This document shows, piece after piece, positions 8,754 to 18,355 of a DNA stretch of 38,158 nt; the stretch's first letter is position 1, and each line of letters starts with the position of its first letter. This DNA is from Faecalibacterium prausnitzii. Lineage in GTDB: Bacteria; Bacillota_I; Bacilli_A; RFN20; CAG-826. Position numbers and translations under genes: made by a program. The stretch spans positions 1-38,158 of the forward strand of contig CAVDTI010000109.1 in the NCBI GenBank assembly GCA_963611905.1. Direction: 5' to 3'. The notes under the pieces are model-generated. The model did no database searches. It saw nothing but the letters and a program-made list of their open reading frames with translations, and was not told where the DNA came from.

Positions 8754-9620
8754 ATGAAAAAAAGAAATTACTTGTTCTTAGGCATTGCCACTCTAGGAGT
8801 ATTAGCCTCATGTAATGGAAAGGAATTTGATTCGTCTAAGAACATTGCTGTTGTCGTTAGAGAAACTGGCAGCGGCACAAAAGGAGCCTTCCTTGAAATA
8901 TTAGGACTAAAAGGTGCGGATGACCCAAACGGAGCCATAACCGCAACAAGCACTTCGGCAGTTCTTCAAGAAGTCTCTGGAAATCCATATGCTGTTGCCT
9001 ATGATTCATTGGGATATGTTAATGACACCGTTAAAACAGTCAAACTTGATGGTGTTGCACCAACAACCGCCACAATTAAAGATGGCAGTTACGCTTTATC
9101 AAGACCATTAAACGTCATCTACAAAAAAGCAACAGTTGAAGACTCTGCTTTATATACAGACTATTTGAATTTCCTTGGTTCCAAAGAAGCAGAAAGCATG
9201 GCTTCAGAAAATGGATACGTTGCAATTCATGATAGCACTACTTCTTATACAAAAGGAGACAGTTTTGCTAATGGTAAAATCGCGATCTCTGGATCCACTT
9301 CTTTACAACCATTAATGATCAAACTTGCTGCTAAATACATGGAGTATCATCCAGAAGTCAAAGTCGAAGTTTCTGGCGGAGGTTCTGGCACTGGATATAG
9401 CAATGCTGAAAAGGATGTTTCTGCTTTCGGTATGATTTCAGAAGAATTCAACTCTAGCAAAGCTGCAAGTTGCACACCATATACCGTTTGCAAAGATGGA
9501 ATTGCTCTTATCGTTAATCTTAAAAATCCAGTTGAAAGCATCAGCAAAACAGACGTTGCAACAGTCTATAATCCAAAAGCTGAGTCTCCAATCACAACCT
9601 GGTCACAATTGATTAAATAA
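8754..9620 (+). CDS. pstS: Phosphate ABC transporter substrate-binding lipoprotein
   Basis: 288 aa with lipobox LASC. It has a PBP fold with GSGTKGA and SGGGSGTG motifs and is the first gene of the pstSCAB order. Confidence 0.85.
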   Translation: MKKRNYLFLGIATLGVLASCNGKEFDSSKNIAVVVRETGSGTKGAFLEILGLKGADDPNGAITATSTSAVLQEVSGNPYAVAYDSLGYVNDTVKTVKLDGVAPTTATIKDGSYALSRPLNVIYKKATVEDSALYTDYLNFLGSKEAESMASENGYVAIHDSTTSYTKGDSFANGKIAISGSTSLQPLMIKLAAKYMEYHPEVKVEVSGGGSGTGYSNAEKDVSAFGMISEEFNSSKAASCTPYTVCKDGIALIVNLKNPVESISKTDVATVYNPKAESPITTWSQLIK

Positions 9621-10513
9621 TGGTTGGAACAAACAATTTAAAAATAGAAAGAATAAAAGAGGGCGGCGCAAAATGGATATTTTTCCTAGCCGCCTTTTTG
9701 TCGTTGGGACTTCTTACAACAATCATTGCCTTCCTCTTTGCCTATGGTTCACCATTCTTATTTAGATATGGCGTAGGCAATTTCTTGTTCGGAATGAAAT
9801 GGTCTCCTCTTGGAGAGCCACCTTCATTTGGTGTTTGGCCAATGATAGTTGCAACCTTCTATGTCACCATTCTTTCTTCTGTGATCGGTTGCTTATTTGG
9901 CTTATTTGTTGCAATAAGCTTATTTGGCTTCGTCCCAAAAAAACTCGTTAGGCCAATTAGGTCTTTAATCGATCTTCTAGCAGGCATTCCTTCGGTTATT
10001 TATGGTTTATTTGGAATGGTGCTTATCGTTCCTTTTATTCGCGATTATCTTTCTCCGAATGGTGTTGGATATGGAATATTGGCCGCTTCGATAATCCTTT
10101 CGATAATGATTCTTCCAACAATGGTCGGCGTTTCTTTGGACGCACTTAATTCTGTTGATCGCGCCTATTATGAAGGAGCGCTGTCTCTTGGCTCAAGCAA
10201 GCCTCAAGCTGTTTTTAAAATTATGGTTCCTGCCGCAAAAAGAGGAATTCTTGCAGCTAGTGTCTTATCAACCGGAAGAGCATTAGGCGAAACTATGGCA
10301 GTTATTATGGTCATTGGTGGATCAACTCAATTGCCAACTTCATTAACTCAACCAGTAAGAACGTTAACAGCAAATATTGCCATGGGCGCGATGGAATTAA
10401 ACGCAATTCCTGATGCATTAAGCGCTTTATTTTGCTCAGGTGTCGTTTTATTCATCTTCTCTTTATTGCTTAATGTCGTTTTCTCAATCCTAGAAAACGG
10501 AGGGAGGAAATAA
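9620..10513 (+). CDS. pstC: Phosphate ABC transporter permease
   Basis: 297 aa, 6 TM, with the EAA-type loop YEGALSLGSSKPQAVFKIMVPAAKRGI. TAATG overlap with pstS. Confidence 0.9.
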   Translation: MVGTNNLKIERIKEGGAKWIFFLAAFLSLGLLTTIIAFLFAYGSPFLFRYGVGNFLFGMKWSPLGEPPSFGVWPMIVATFYVTILSSVIGCLFGLFVAISLFGFVPKKLVRPIRSLIDLLAGIPSVIYGLFGMVLIVPFIRDYLSPNGVGYGILAASIILSIMILPTMVGVSLDALNSVDRAYYEGALSLGSSKPQAVFKIMVPAAKRGILAASVLSTGRALGETMAVIMVIGGSTQLPTSLTQPVRTLTANIAMGAMELNAIPDALSALFCSGVVLFIFSLLLNVVFSILENGGRK

Positions 10514-11361
10514 TGGTTAATCAAAAAGCATGGTCAAGAAACAGAGGATATTTTACTTCGTTGAAATATGTTTCTTTGTTTTCTCTTTTACTAAGTTTAG
10601 TAGCATTATTTGCTATCATTATTTTCATCTTCATTAGAGGGATTGGAAACATATCATGGCAATTTTTATTTGGAAATTACGGGGAAAACCCCTCTCTTTT
10701 GCCTGCAACGATAGGAACATTGCATTTAATTGCAATCTCGTTGCTACTCGGAATGCCTTTAGGAATTGCTACATCGATTTATTTAGTCGAATATACCTCA
10801 AACTCAAATATCGTTACTAAGATAATTAGGATTGCAATAGAAACTCTGGCTTCAATTCCTTCAATTGTCTATGGCTTATTTGGATATCTAGTATTCGTTG
10901 TTTCTTTAGGTTGGGGTTACACCTTAATGGGCGGAGGAATTACTCTAGCAATCATGATTCTTCCATTAATCGTTAAAAACGTGGAAGAAGCACTAAAAGA
11001 AGTCCCTAACTCCTTAAGAGAAGCCTCATTAGCGCTTGGTGCTAGCAAAATAAGGACAATATTCCATGTCGTTTTGCCTTCTGCCTTACCTGGCATATTA
11101 ACTTCTGTAATCTTATCTATTGGTAGAGTTGTTAGCGAATCCGCAGTCTTGTTGCTCACTGTTGGTATGGTCGTTAACTTAGTACCGGAAAATGCGATGT
11201 CTGCAGGATCATCTTTAGCACTCGACATCTATTACTTTGCATCATTTGGATACATTGGAGAAGCAAGTGCTGCATCACTTACATTACTAATTCTAGTTTT
11301 GTTATTAAATCTGTTGGCTTATGGCCTATCGTACTTTTTTCAAAGGAGGAGAAATAAATAA
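10513..11361 (+). CDS. pstA: Phosphate ABC transporter permease
   Basis: 282 aa with the loop [27 protein letters not shown]. Its start overlaps the pstC stop. Confidence 0.9.
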   Translation: MVNQKAWSRNRGYFTSLKYVSLFSLLLSLVALFAIIIFIFIRGIGNISWQFLFGNYGENPSLLPATIGTLHLIAISLLLGMPLGIATSIYLVEYTSNSNIVTKIIRIAIETLASIPSIVYGLFGYLVFVVSLGWGYTLMGGGITLAIMILPLIVKNVEEALKEVPNSLREASLALGASKIRTIFHVVLPSALPGILTSVILSIGRVVSESAVLLLTVGMVVNLVPENAMSAGSSLALDIYYFASFGYIGEASAASLTLLILVLLLNLLAYGLSYFFQRRRNK

Positions 11362-12122
11362 TGGAGAATGAAATTATCATTCGTAGCGAAAATCTTCGCC
11401 TTTTCTATGGAGAGAAAGAAGCCTTAAAAGGCATCAATCTTTCGATAAGCAAAGGAAGCATCCACGCTTTAATCGGTCCGTCTGGATGCGGTAAGAGCAC
11501 TTTTCTTCGTTCATTAAATCGCATGAATGATTTAATCCCCGATTGCAAGATCGAAGGAAACGTTTTCTTTCATGATGAAGATATCTATAAGAAAGGCGTT
11601 GATATAAATCTTTTAAGAAAGAAAGTTGGCATGGTTTTCCAAAAACCAAACCCTTTCCCGATGTCTATTTACGACAATATTGCCTATGCCCCAAGAACAT
11701 TTGGTCTAAGAAACAAAGAAAAGCTTGATGAAATTGTTATCGAAAGTTTAAAAAAGGCCTCATTGTATGAAGAGGTCAAAGGGAATTTAAAACATTCTGC
11801 TCTGTCTTTATCTGGTGGCCAACAACAACGTCTTTGCATTGCAAGAGCTCTTTCTGCTAATCCGGAAGTTCTTCTCATGGATGAACCTACAAGTGCTCTT
11901 GATCCAATATCAACAGCAAAGATTGAAGAACTTATGTGTGAATTAAAGAAAGATGTCACCATTGTTATTGTTACTCATAATATGCAACAAGCATCAAGAG
12001 TTGCAGATTTCACCTCTTTCTTCTTATTAGGAGAATTAGTTGAAACGCAAAAAACAGAAAAGCTCTTCTCTTCACCAAACGATAAGAGAACTGAAAACTA
12101 TATTACAGGGAGGTTCGGATAG
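11361..12122 (+). CDS. pstB: Phosphate ABC transporter ATP-binding protein
   Basis: 253 aa with Walker [10 protein letters not shown], signature LSGGQQQR and Walker [12 protein letters not shown], plus a PstB-typical N-terminus. Confidence 0.95.
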   Translation: MENEIIIRSENLRLFYGEKEALKGINLSISKGSIHALIGPSGCGKSTFLRSLNRMNDLIPDCKIEGNVFFHDEDIYKKGVDINLLRKKVGMVFQKPNPFPMSIYDNIAYAPRTFGLRNKEKLDEIVIESLKKASLYEEVKGNLKHSALSLSGGQQQRLCIARALSANPEVLLMDEPTSALDPISTAKIEELMCELKKDVTIVIVTHNMQQASRVADFTSFFLLGELVETQKTEKLFSSPNDKRTENYITGRFG

Positions 12123-12123
12123 A

Positions 12124-12771
12124 ATGGAAACAAGATTTGAAAGAGAAATAGACGTAGTTTTGCAAAAACTTGCTGAGATGGGTGAACTTGCAGCTAAATC
12201 AGTAGAAATGGCGCTTACCGCCTTAGTCAAGAAAGATGCAAACATTGCTTTAGAAGTAATTCACGATGATAAAAATATCGATATTCTAATGAAAGATATT
12301 GAATCAGCATGTTTTAGAATTCTCTTATTAGATCAACCAGTTGCCAGCGATTTTAGAAAGGTCGGAAGTGCTCTAAAAATGATTACCGATCTTGAACGTA
12401 TTGGCGATTATTCGGTTGATGTTGCTGAAGAGGTAGTTGCTTTCCCAGATGAGCCATATATCAAAGCGTTAGTAGATTTACCACTAATGGGAAATTGCGT
12501 TTCAAGCATGGTAAAAAAGGCAGTAAACTCTTTTATTAGTGGTAACATTGAAGAAGCTCGTTCTCTTGAAAAAGATGATGATCGAGTCGACGATTATTAT
12601 CGTAATATCAAAAAAGAACTTCTTAATCTCATCAAAGATGATGAGAAGAAGGCGGAACAGTCTATAATATTTATGATGATTGCTAAGTATCTAGAAAGAA
12701 TTGGCGATCATGCAGTTAACGTCGGAGAATGGGTAGACTATTCTTCTACAGGAACTCATTTGGTATCTTAA
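12124..12771 (+). CDS. phoU: Phosphate signalling complex protein PhoU
   Basis: Two PhoU repeats (DLERIGDYSVDVAE and YLERIGDHAVNVGE). The ATG at 12124 (METRFEREID) lies 2 nt after the pstB stop. The track start at 12040 would overlap pstB by 83 nt. Confidence 0.9.
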   Translation: METRFEREIDVVLQKLAEMGELAAKSVEMALTALVKKDANIALEVIHDDKNIDILMKDIESACFRILLLDQPVASDFRKVGSALKMITDLERIGDYSVDVAEEVVAFPDEPYIKALVDLPLMGNCVSSMVKKAVNSFISGNIEEARSLEKDDDRVDDYYRNIKKELLNLIKDDEKKAEQSIIFMMIAKYLERIGDHAVNVGEWVDYSSTGTHLVS

Positions 12772-12772
12772 C

Positions 12773-13438
12773 ATGGAAGAACAATTGATTTATTGCGTTG
12801 ACGACGAAGAAAACATTAGATCGCTTTACGAAGAAGCGCTTCCTATGGGTGGCTACTCTTGTAAAACGTTTCCTGATGTAACTTTATTTTGGGAAGAGTT
12901 AAAGAAAACTCAACCTGTTTTGATTTTGTTGGACGTTATGTTACCTGGCGCTGATGGGTTTGAAATTCTTAATGAAATAACCCATAGCAAATATTCTTCT
13001 ATTCCAGTTATCATGGTCTCGGCAAAAGACAAAGAAACAGATAAGGTAAAAGGTTTAAACGCCGGTGCCGCAGACTATATTTCTAAACCTTTTGGCGTGA
13101 TGGAATTATTAGCAAGAATTAAAGCCAATATTCGTAAAGCTAATAAATACGATATTCTTTCTTACAAAGAATTAACTCTTAACAAGGCTCGCCATGAGAT
13201 AACGCTAAATAACGTTCCTTTGCATCTATCTGTTAAAGAATATGATCTTCTTGCATATCTAATTGAAAATGTCGATAAAGCCATTTCTAAAGAAGAGCTC
13301 CTTTCTAACGTTTGGGGGATTGATTGTGCGATAGAAACAAGAACTATCGATATGTTCATTTCAAGAATCAGAAAGAAAATCATTCCTTCTACCATAAGTA
13401 TCGAAACGGTTAGAAGCATAGGTTATATAATGCGATGA
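12773..13438 (+). CDS. OmpR/PhoB-family response regulator (PhoP/PhoB-like by context)
   Basis: 221 aa. The receiver domain has the phospho-acceptor region [10 protein letters not shown], and the C-terminus is a winged-helix DNA-binding domain. Confidence 0.85.
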   Translation: MEEQLIYCVDDEENIRSLYEEALPMGGYSCKTFPDVTLFWEELKKTQPVLILLDVMLPGADGFEILNEITHSKYSSIPVIMVSAKDKETDKVKGLNAGAADYISKPFGVMELLARIKANIRKANKYDILSYKELTLNKARHEITLNNVPLHLSVKEYDLLAYLIENVDKAISKEELLSNVWGIDCAIETRTIDMFISRIRKKIIPSTISIETVRSIGYIMR

Positions 13439-15036
13439 AAAAGAAGCTCGCTTTTTGGAATTCTTTAGTAATAATTCTAAGTGTTTCTTTTATGCTGGCT
13501 TTGGGAATTTTTCTTGCTAGAAATACCCTCATTAATGAAGCAACATCTCATACAATATCTTTAACTCACGCTTATAAGGAAGCCTTCACTGGAGACACTT
13601 CATCACTTGTTGTCAAAGATGAAAACGTTCGTGAAACAATCATTCTTAGTAACGGGGACGTTCTTTGGGATTCGGAAGAAGATGCAAGTAAGCTTGCTTC
13701 GCATAAAAACAGAGAAGAAGTTATTGCTGCGTTAAATGATGAACCTAAAGCGGTTATTAGATCCAGTGAGAGTGTAGGAATTAAATATATCTACTATGCA
13801 GAAACAAAAGAGATCTCATCAACAATATACATAATAAGAATTGCCACAAAGATGTCTTCTTTGAACTCTTTCCTTTCTTCATATATTCCATGGATGGTAT
13901 TGGCTGCAACCGCTTCTTTAAGCCTTTCAATTCTTGGCATATTTACGATAAGTTCGCATTCTCTAAAACCGCTAAAAGAAATGGAAATGAATCTATCTAA
14001 AATCAAGAAAGGCGAACAATTATCGCCAATTCTCTTCACCGAACACGATGAATTAGGCAACATGTTAAAAGACATTGATGACATTTCTAAAGACTTGTCT
14101 GATACGATGAACAAATTGAAACAGGAAGAGGAAAAGATGTCTCTCCTTCTTTCCAACCTACCAAATCCAATTCTTGCTATAGGGAAAGGCAATGAGATTG
14201 TTTTTGCCAATGATGCGGCTAAAACTCTTTTAGGATTAATAGGGAATATATTTCCAAAAAACATAGTTTTAAAGGATCAAGAAATGTTCCAAAAAGGGTA
14301 TGATGGAAAAATCTATTTCGTTTCTTCCAAAGAAGCCAAAGATTACACCCTCTATGTTTTAAACGACATTACCGTTCAAATGGAGATGGAAAAACAAAGA
14401 AAAGAATTTGTAGATGCAGCATCCCACGAATTAAAAACACCGCTCACATCAATAAGAGGATTTAACGAATTAATAGAATTAAGTTCAGACAATCCAAAAA
14501 TCAAAGAATACACAACAAAAATTAAAGAATCATCTACTAGAATGTTATCCGTGATTCAGGATATGTTATCCATTTCTTCGCTCGAAGAAGAAAAGGTTAC
14601 TGATGCAAAAGAAATAAATGTCGCGCCAATAGTTGAAGAAATAATAAAAAGACTTTCTCTTATGGCGAAAGAAAGAAAAGTTAAGGTCTCTTTAAAAGGA
14701 GATATAAAGCTCAAAGTAGAAGAAAAAGATATTGAGCGAATTTTCAAAAATCTACTGGAAAACGCCATTCTTTATAATGTTCCTAACGGAAAAGTCGATG
14801 TTAGTTTTACCAAGGATTTTGTAGAAATTTCTGATACTGGAATAGGCATTCCAGAGAAAGATCAAGAAAGAGTATTTGAACGTTTCTATCGTGTTGACAA
14901 ATCACATAGCAGGCAAAACGGGGGAACGGGTTTAGGCTTAGCAATCGTTAAACATGCCGTTTTAAAATACAATTGGAAAATCAAATTAACATCCCGCTTA
15001 GGCTATGGGACAACAATAAAAATATTCTTTAACTAA
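13435..15036 (+). CDS. Sensor histidine kinase (PhoR-like by context)
   Basis: 533 aa with two N-terminal TM segments flanking an extracytoplasmic loop, the H-box [14 protein letters not shown], and a HATPase G-box [15 protein letters not shown] overlap with the response regulator gene. Confidence 0.85.
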   Translation: MKKKLAFWNSLVIILSVSFMLALGIFLARNTLINEATSHTISLTHAYKEAFTGDTSSLVVKDENVRETIILSNGDVLWDSEEDASKLASHKNREEVIAALNDEPKAVIRSSESVGIKYIYYAETKEISSTIYIIRIATKMSSLNSFLSSYIPWMVLAATASLSLSILGIFTISSHSLKPLKEMEMNLSKIKKGEQLSPILFTEHDELGNMLKDIDDISKDLSDTMNKLKQEEEKMSLLLSNLPNPILAIGKGNEIVFANDAAKTLLGLIGNIFPKNIVLKDQEMFQKGYDGKIYFVSSKEAKDYTLYVLNDITVQMEMEKQRKEFVDAASHELKTPLTSIRGFNELIELSSDNPKIKEYTTKIKESSTRMLSVIQDMLSISSLEEEKVTDAKEINVAPIVEEIIKRLSLMAKERKVKVSLKGDIKLKVEEKDIERIFKNLLENAILYNVPNGKVDVSFTKDFVEISDTGIGIPEKDQERVFERFYRVDKSHSRQNGGTGLGLAIVKHAVLKYNWKIKLTSRLGYGTTIKIFFN

Positions 15037-16211
15037 GCAATATCAATTTTGATACACATATCGCTCAATGGATAAGTCGAACAAGCGTAGACATAATTAA
15101 ATTCCTTATCTGTTGCTCTACGCATATCGTCCTTTTTTGAAACGTAAAAATCGCCAGAGAGGACTTTTATTCTACAAAAGCCACAAACTCCACTACGACA
15201 TCCAGTATGAATCTTAATACCAGCTCTTTCTAAAGCAACGGCAATAGATTCATTCGCATTTGCTTTAATTTCTTTTTCCTCTAATCCACGAACTACCCTT
15301 AAAGAGAATGTCTTCCCTTCAACATCTTTTGGATAGTCAGGCAAACTATATAAGTCTTTTATTGATCCATAAAAATCAAAATGAGTTCTCTTATTTGGTA
15401 TATTTAATTCTTTCAATTCGTTACGAATTAAGTCTTGCATCTTTTGTGGGCCACAAACGAAATAAGTTGATTCATCATTAGAATATTTCTCAATAACGTT
15501 CTTATTGATGAAACCTTTTTCTCCAACATAAGATGAGTCGTTTGAAATAACATCGATAATTTTTACCTTATCGCAAAGGCAGCTTTCTAACTCTTCTTTC
15601 AAAAAGATTTCATTAGGCAAAGCTGAACCATGAATAATTGTAAGATCGATATCTAATTTTCCGTTTTTAATTTCTCTAGCCATGGATAAGAATGGCGTAA
15701 TTCCACTTCCACCAGCTAAAGCAACGACATTTCTCGAATCCAAAAGGGAATTGAAATAAAAATCACCCAGTCCGATCTCAGAAATAAAGATCTCTCCAAT
15801 TTTTGCTTCATCTAAAAGATAGGTCGAAAAGAAACCATCCTTAGGCAATCTCTTAACGCTTATTTCAACAAAAGGATTCTCTCCTTCTGTTTCATAAGGT
15901 GCTGAAGATATCGAATATGGCCTAGTAACAACGGAAGAGCCGATATTTGTTTGTAACGTTAAATATTGTCCTGCTTGAAATAGAGGAAGATTATTATTTA
16001 TAGAAACAAAACGTAAAGTTTTTCCTCCACCTATAACATCTTTTTTATCAACTAATTTCAATTCGATTTTCCCTGGATGAATTTCTTTTGCAGTTTTGGA
16101 AATAGGATCGGAATAATAAGCTTTTACAGGGGTTTCTTTGATTTTTTTCTCACGTTTTCCCTTGACAACAAAGGCTCCTTTAAGGTCTTGAAAGAATGAT
16201 TTTATCTTCAT
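15033..16211 (-). CDS. FNR-family flavin reductase fused to a C-terminal plant-type [2Fe-2S] ferredoxin domain
   Basis: It has the RPYSISS FAD motif, the [11 protein letters not shown](P) motif and C-terminal CRSGVCGFC...C cysteines. The preferred ATG at 16211 (MKIKSFF) forms an ATGA overlap with the upstream gene. The track start at 16280 overlaps that gene by 73 nt. Confidence 0.8.
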   Translation of the reverse strand: MKIKSFFQDLKGAFVVKGKREKKIKETPVKAYYSDPISKTAKEIHPGKIELKLVDKKDVIGGGKTLRFVSINNNLPLFQAGQYLTLQTNIGSSVVTRPYSISSAPYETEGENPFVEISVKRLPKDGFFSTYLLDEAKIGEIFISEIGLGDFYFNSLLDSRNVVALAGGSGITPFLSMAREIKNGKLDIDLTIIHGSALPNEIFLKEELESCLCDKVKIIDVISNDSSYVGEKGFINKNVIEKYSNDESTYFVCGPQKMQDLIRNELKELNIPNKRTHFDFYGSIKDLYSLPDYPKDVEGKTFSLRVVRGLEEKEIKANANESIAVALERAGIKIHTGCRSGVCGFCRIKVLSGDFYVSKKDDMRRATDKEFNYVYACSTYPLSDMCIKIDIA

Positions 16212-17770
16212 TTCTTTTTCCTCCCCTTTTTCAAATATTGTGAGACTATGTTTGCAGTATGTTGGCCATTTCCAATACAAGGAGACATTCCATCGCCCAT
16301 TAGCTGATGAGCTCCCGTGAAGAATAAACCAGTTATATAGTTCTCTGCTTTTTCCATGAATATTCTTGCAACAACAGAATCATGCATAGAATGTTTGTAA
16401 CCATAAATACTACCTTGATATGCACCAACGTAATGAGAAATTGAAACTGGAGTCTCAATGACACAATTCTCAATGTGATCCATTAAATTAACGCCAAGAC
16501 GCTTAGATTCAATCTCTATGATATTCTTGGCTATCTTATTCTTGGTTTCTTCATAATTGTCTTTTGTTATGTCTTTCCACGCTTCAGGACGAGGTAAGGC
16601 AACTATCGTATAGATTGTTTTACCTTCTGGCACCGCTTCTGGATTCGCATAATTCAAACATACGCTAGTAAGATAGTCGTAGCAATCAATATCTTTATGG
16701 TTTTCCCACACTTTATCGAAATCCAAACCGTTTCTTGCATAGAAAACCGAATAACAATTGAGATTCAATTTATCTGGCGTTGTATCAAGTAATAAGCCCA
16801 AGGAAAAACAAGTAAGAGACGCTTCTCTAGAATTCACATATTTTCTTGCAAGGTTTGGCACTTCGCTTTCAGGTTCAATCATCTTAGAATAAGCGACATT
16901 TGGATATGTGCCACAAACAACAGCATCAGCCTTAATTTCATAACCGGATTTTGTTCTTACGCCATAGGTTTTTTTGTTATGGACAAGAATCTTATCAACC
17001 TTTTGTTCAAATTCAATTTGAATGCCTAACTCATTACATTTTTCCGCCATCTTTAACGACATTTCATGGGAAGTTTCTTTAGGAATGTAAGACCCAAAAC
17101 CAAGATAATCAGCAAGGAGATAGCCAAACACGTTGAAAGGAAGATCATCAATCTTGTTTCCGACATAAATCCAGTAGGCGGAAAGAATGTTTTGTGCTTT
17201 TAAAGGAAGGTGATACGCATCCATAACTTCCTTTGTTGAATATCCAGCTGTTTTAACTAAATCAGGAAACTTAAAAACCATCTTTAGCTTGCTACATTTA
17301 TGAAGAGTAACGTATTGCGATGCCTCATGAACTCTGTAACACATTTGGAGGAATTTCAAAACCTGCTTATACACCATTCCATCTTTATCGTCACATGCGT
17401 TTGCAATATCTCTAGCAGGAATTTCAAAATCTCCTTTTGTTCCGGCATGAATAACAACATCCGTGTCTAAATCTATGTAACGATACGCTTCTGGAACACG
17501 AAGCCAATTAATATCGATGCCAAATTCTTTGAAAAAGCTGCCTGCACTTAATTGTCTATCTTCCCCAATAGACATCATTTCGTGTAACGAGGCTTCATAT
17601 TCAACACCGTTACGAACATAAGAAGTTGCAACCCCTCCAGGGAGATTATGTTGCTCAAGAATCAAAATATCTTTGACTCCAAGTTTCTTTAAACGTAAGG
17701 CACAAGCCATGCCTGCTAAGGCCGAGCCAACAATTATTACGTCGTACTTATCTTTAAAAAATTTTTCCAT
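16208..17770 (-). CDS. NAD(P)/FAD-dependent oxidoreductase, phytoene-desaturase (CrtI)/amine-oxidase superfamily
   Basis: 520 aa. The N-terminal dinucleotide fold is YDVIIVGSALAGMACALRL...LEQHNLPGG, and the C-terminal FTGAHQLMGDGM motif is typical of the family. Confidence 0.75.
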   Translation of the reverse strand: MEKFFKDKYDVIIVGSALAGMACALRLKKLGVKDILILEQHNLPGGVATSYVRNGVEYEASLHEMMSIGEDRQLSAGSFFKEFGIDINWLRVPEAYRYIDLDTDVVIHAGTKGDFEIPARDIANACDDKDGMVYKQVLKFLQMCYRVHEASQYVTLHKCSKLKMVFKFPDLVKTAGYSTKEVMDAYHLPLKAQNILSAYWIYVGNKIDDLPFNVFGYLLADYLGFGSYIPKETSHEMSLKMAEKCNELGIQIEFEQKVDKILVHNKKTYGVRTKSGYEIKADAVVCGTYPNVAYSKMIEPESEVPNLARKYVNSREASLTCFSLGLLLDTTPDKLNLNCYSVFYARNGLDFDKVWENHKDIDCYDYLTSVCLNYANPEAVPEGKTIYTIVALPRPEAWKDITKDNYEETKNKIAKNIIEIESKRLGVNLMDHIENCVIETPVSISHYVGAYQGSIYGYKHSMHDSVVARIFMEKAENYITGLFFTGAHQLMGDGMSPCIGNGQHTANIVSQYLKKGRKKK

Positions 17771-18028
17771 TTTTGGTTATTTAACATGGTAAATATAGCA
17801 CTATCTAGTTTTTGTAACTATATCTTTTTTTACAAATATATAGAACCGATTTTTAAATGAATTTTTGTGAATTTGTCAACATATGAGTTAAACAAGAAGT
17901 TGATTAGAGGGAAACGGTTGTAAATATCTATAAAAAGTCTTTTCAAAAAGATAAATATGTAGGCTTTTACATCATTCAAAGAAACAATTCTACGTTCCAT
18001 GATTTTTCATATAGAAGTTTGAATTTCT

Positions 18029-18125
18029 CACGCGCGCATATACGCGCGAGCGTGGGCTCTCGCTCACGTATATATATGGAAAAGCTAGCGCTCGTCGGCA
18101 TTTTCACGTACACGTATGCGCATGT
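18029..18125. other. Alternating purine-pyrimidine, CG-palindrome island (Z-DNA-prone)
   Basis: There are three perfect Pu/Py alternation tracts: 18029-18048 CACGCGCGCATATACGCGCG, 18065-18078 CACGTATATATATG and 18105-18125 CACGTACACGTATGCGCATGT. Nested palindromes (CGCGCG, GCTAGC, AGCGCT, ATGCGCAT) and GAGCG/CGCTC stems are also present. Confidence 0.9.
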
Positions 18126-18139
18126 CTTTTTTAGCGTAG

Positions 18140-18164
18140 AAGACTTTATAAAGTCTTATTTTTT
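18140..18164 (+). terminator. Orphan rho-independent terminator-like hairpin (perfect 18-nt palindrome plus T-run)
   Basis: AAGACTTTATAAAGTCTT is followed by ATTTTTT. No plus-strand CDS lies upstream. Confidence 0.5.
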
Positions 18165-18180
18165 AAAAGAAAATTTGTGC

Positions 18181-18209
18181 TTGAAAAACTATTTTTCTTC
18201 TCGTTAAAT
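18181..18209 (+). promoter_or_regulatory. Candidate promoter for the 150-aa ORF (TTGAAA-N17-TTAAAT)
   Basis: Hexamer spacing is 17 nt. It would give a 5' UTR of about 140 nt containing the GCCGUCC...CCGAU-CGGAACAA-AUCGG...GGAAGGC nested hairpin. Confidence 0.3.
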
Positions 18210-18355
18210 TATGCCGTCCACAAGAGAACCGATCGGAACAAATCGGAAGGCCTGATACTAGTGAAAGGTTTAAAGCTTGGGTATTCGAAAAAGTTCATTT
18301 CGTATATTAGCTTTAGTTTTCTCGCCATGGATTTAACACAAAAGGAGAAAAAAAC

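Noticed and set aside
12040-12123. Upstream extension of the PhoU ORF (track start MKRKKQK...)
   Set aside because: It lies entirely inside the pstB coding sequence in another frame. The ATG at 12124 (METRFEREID) starts 2 nt after the pstB stop and yields a normal-length PhoU.
16212-16280. N-terminal extension of the FNR/2Fe-2S ORF (MYWKWPTYCKH...)
   Set aside because: It overlaps the end of the upstream flavoprotein gene by 73 nt. The ATG at 16211 forms a typical ATGA coupling overlap.
17935-18157. Repeated AAGTCTT/AAGACTT heptamers (17935-17941, 18140-18146, 18151-18157) as a dispersed operator
   Set aside because: Two of the three copies are just the arms of the terminator palindrome. 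A single extra AT-rich 7-mer match is expected by chance.
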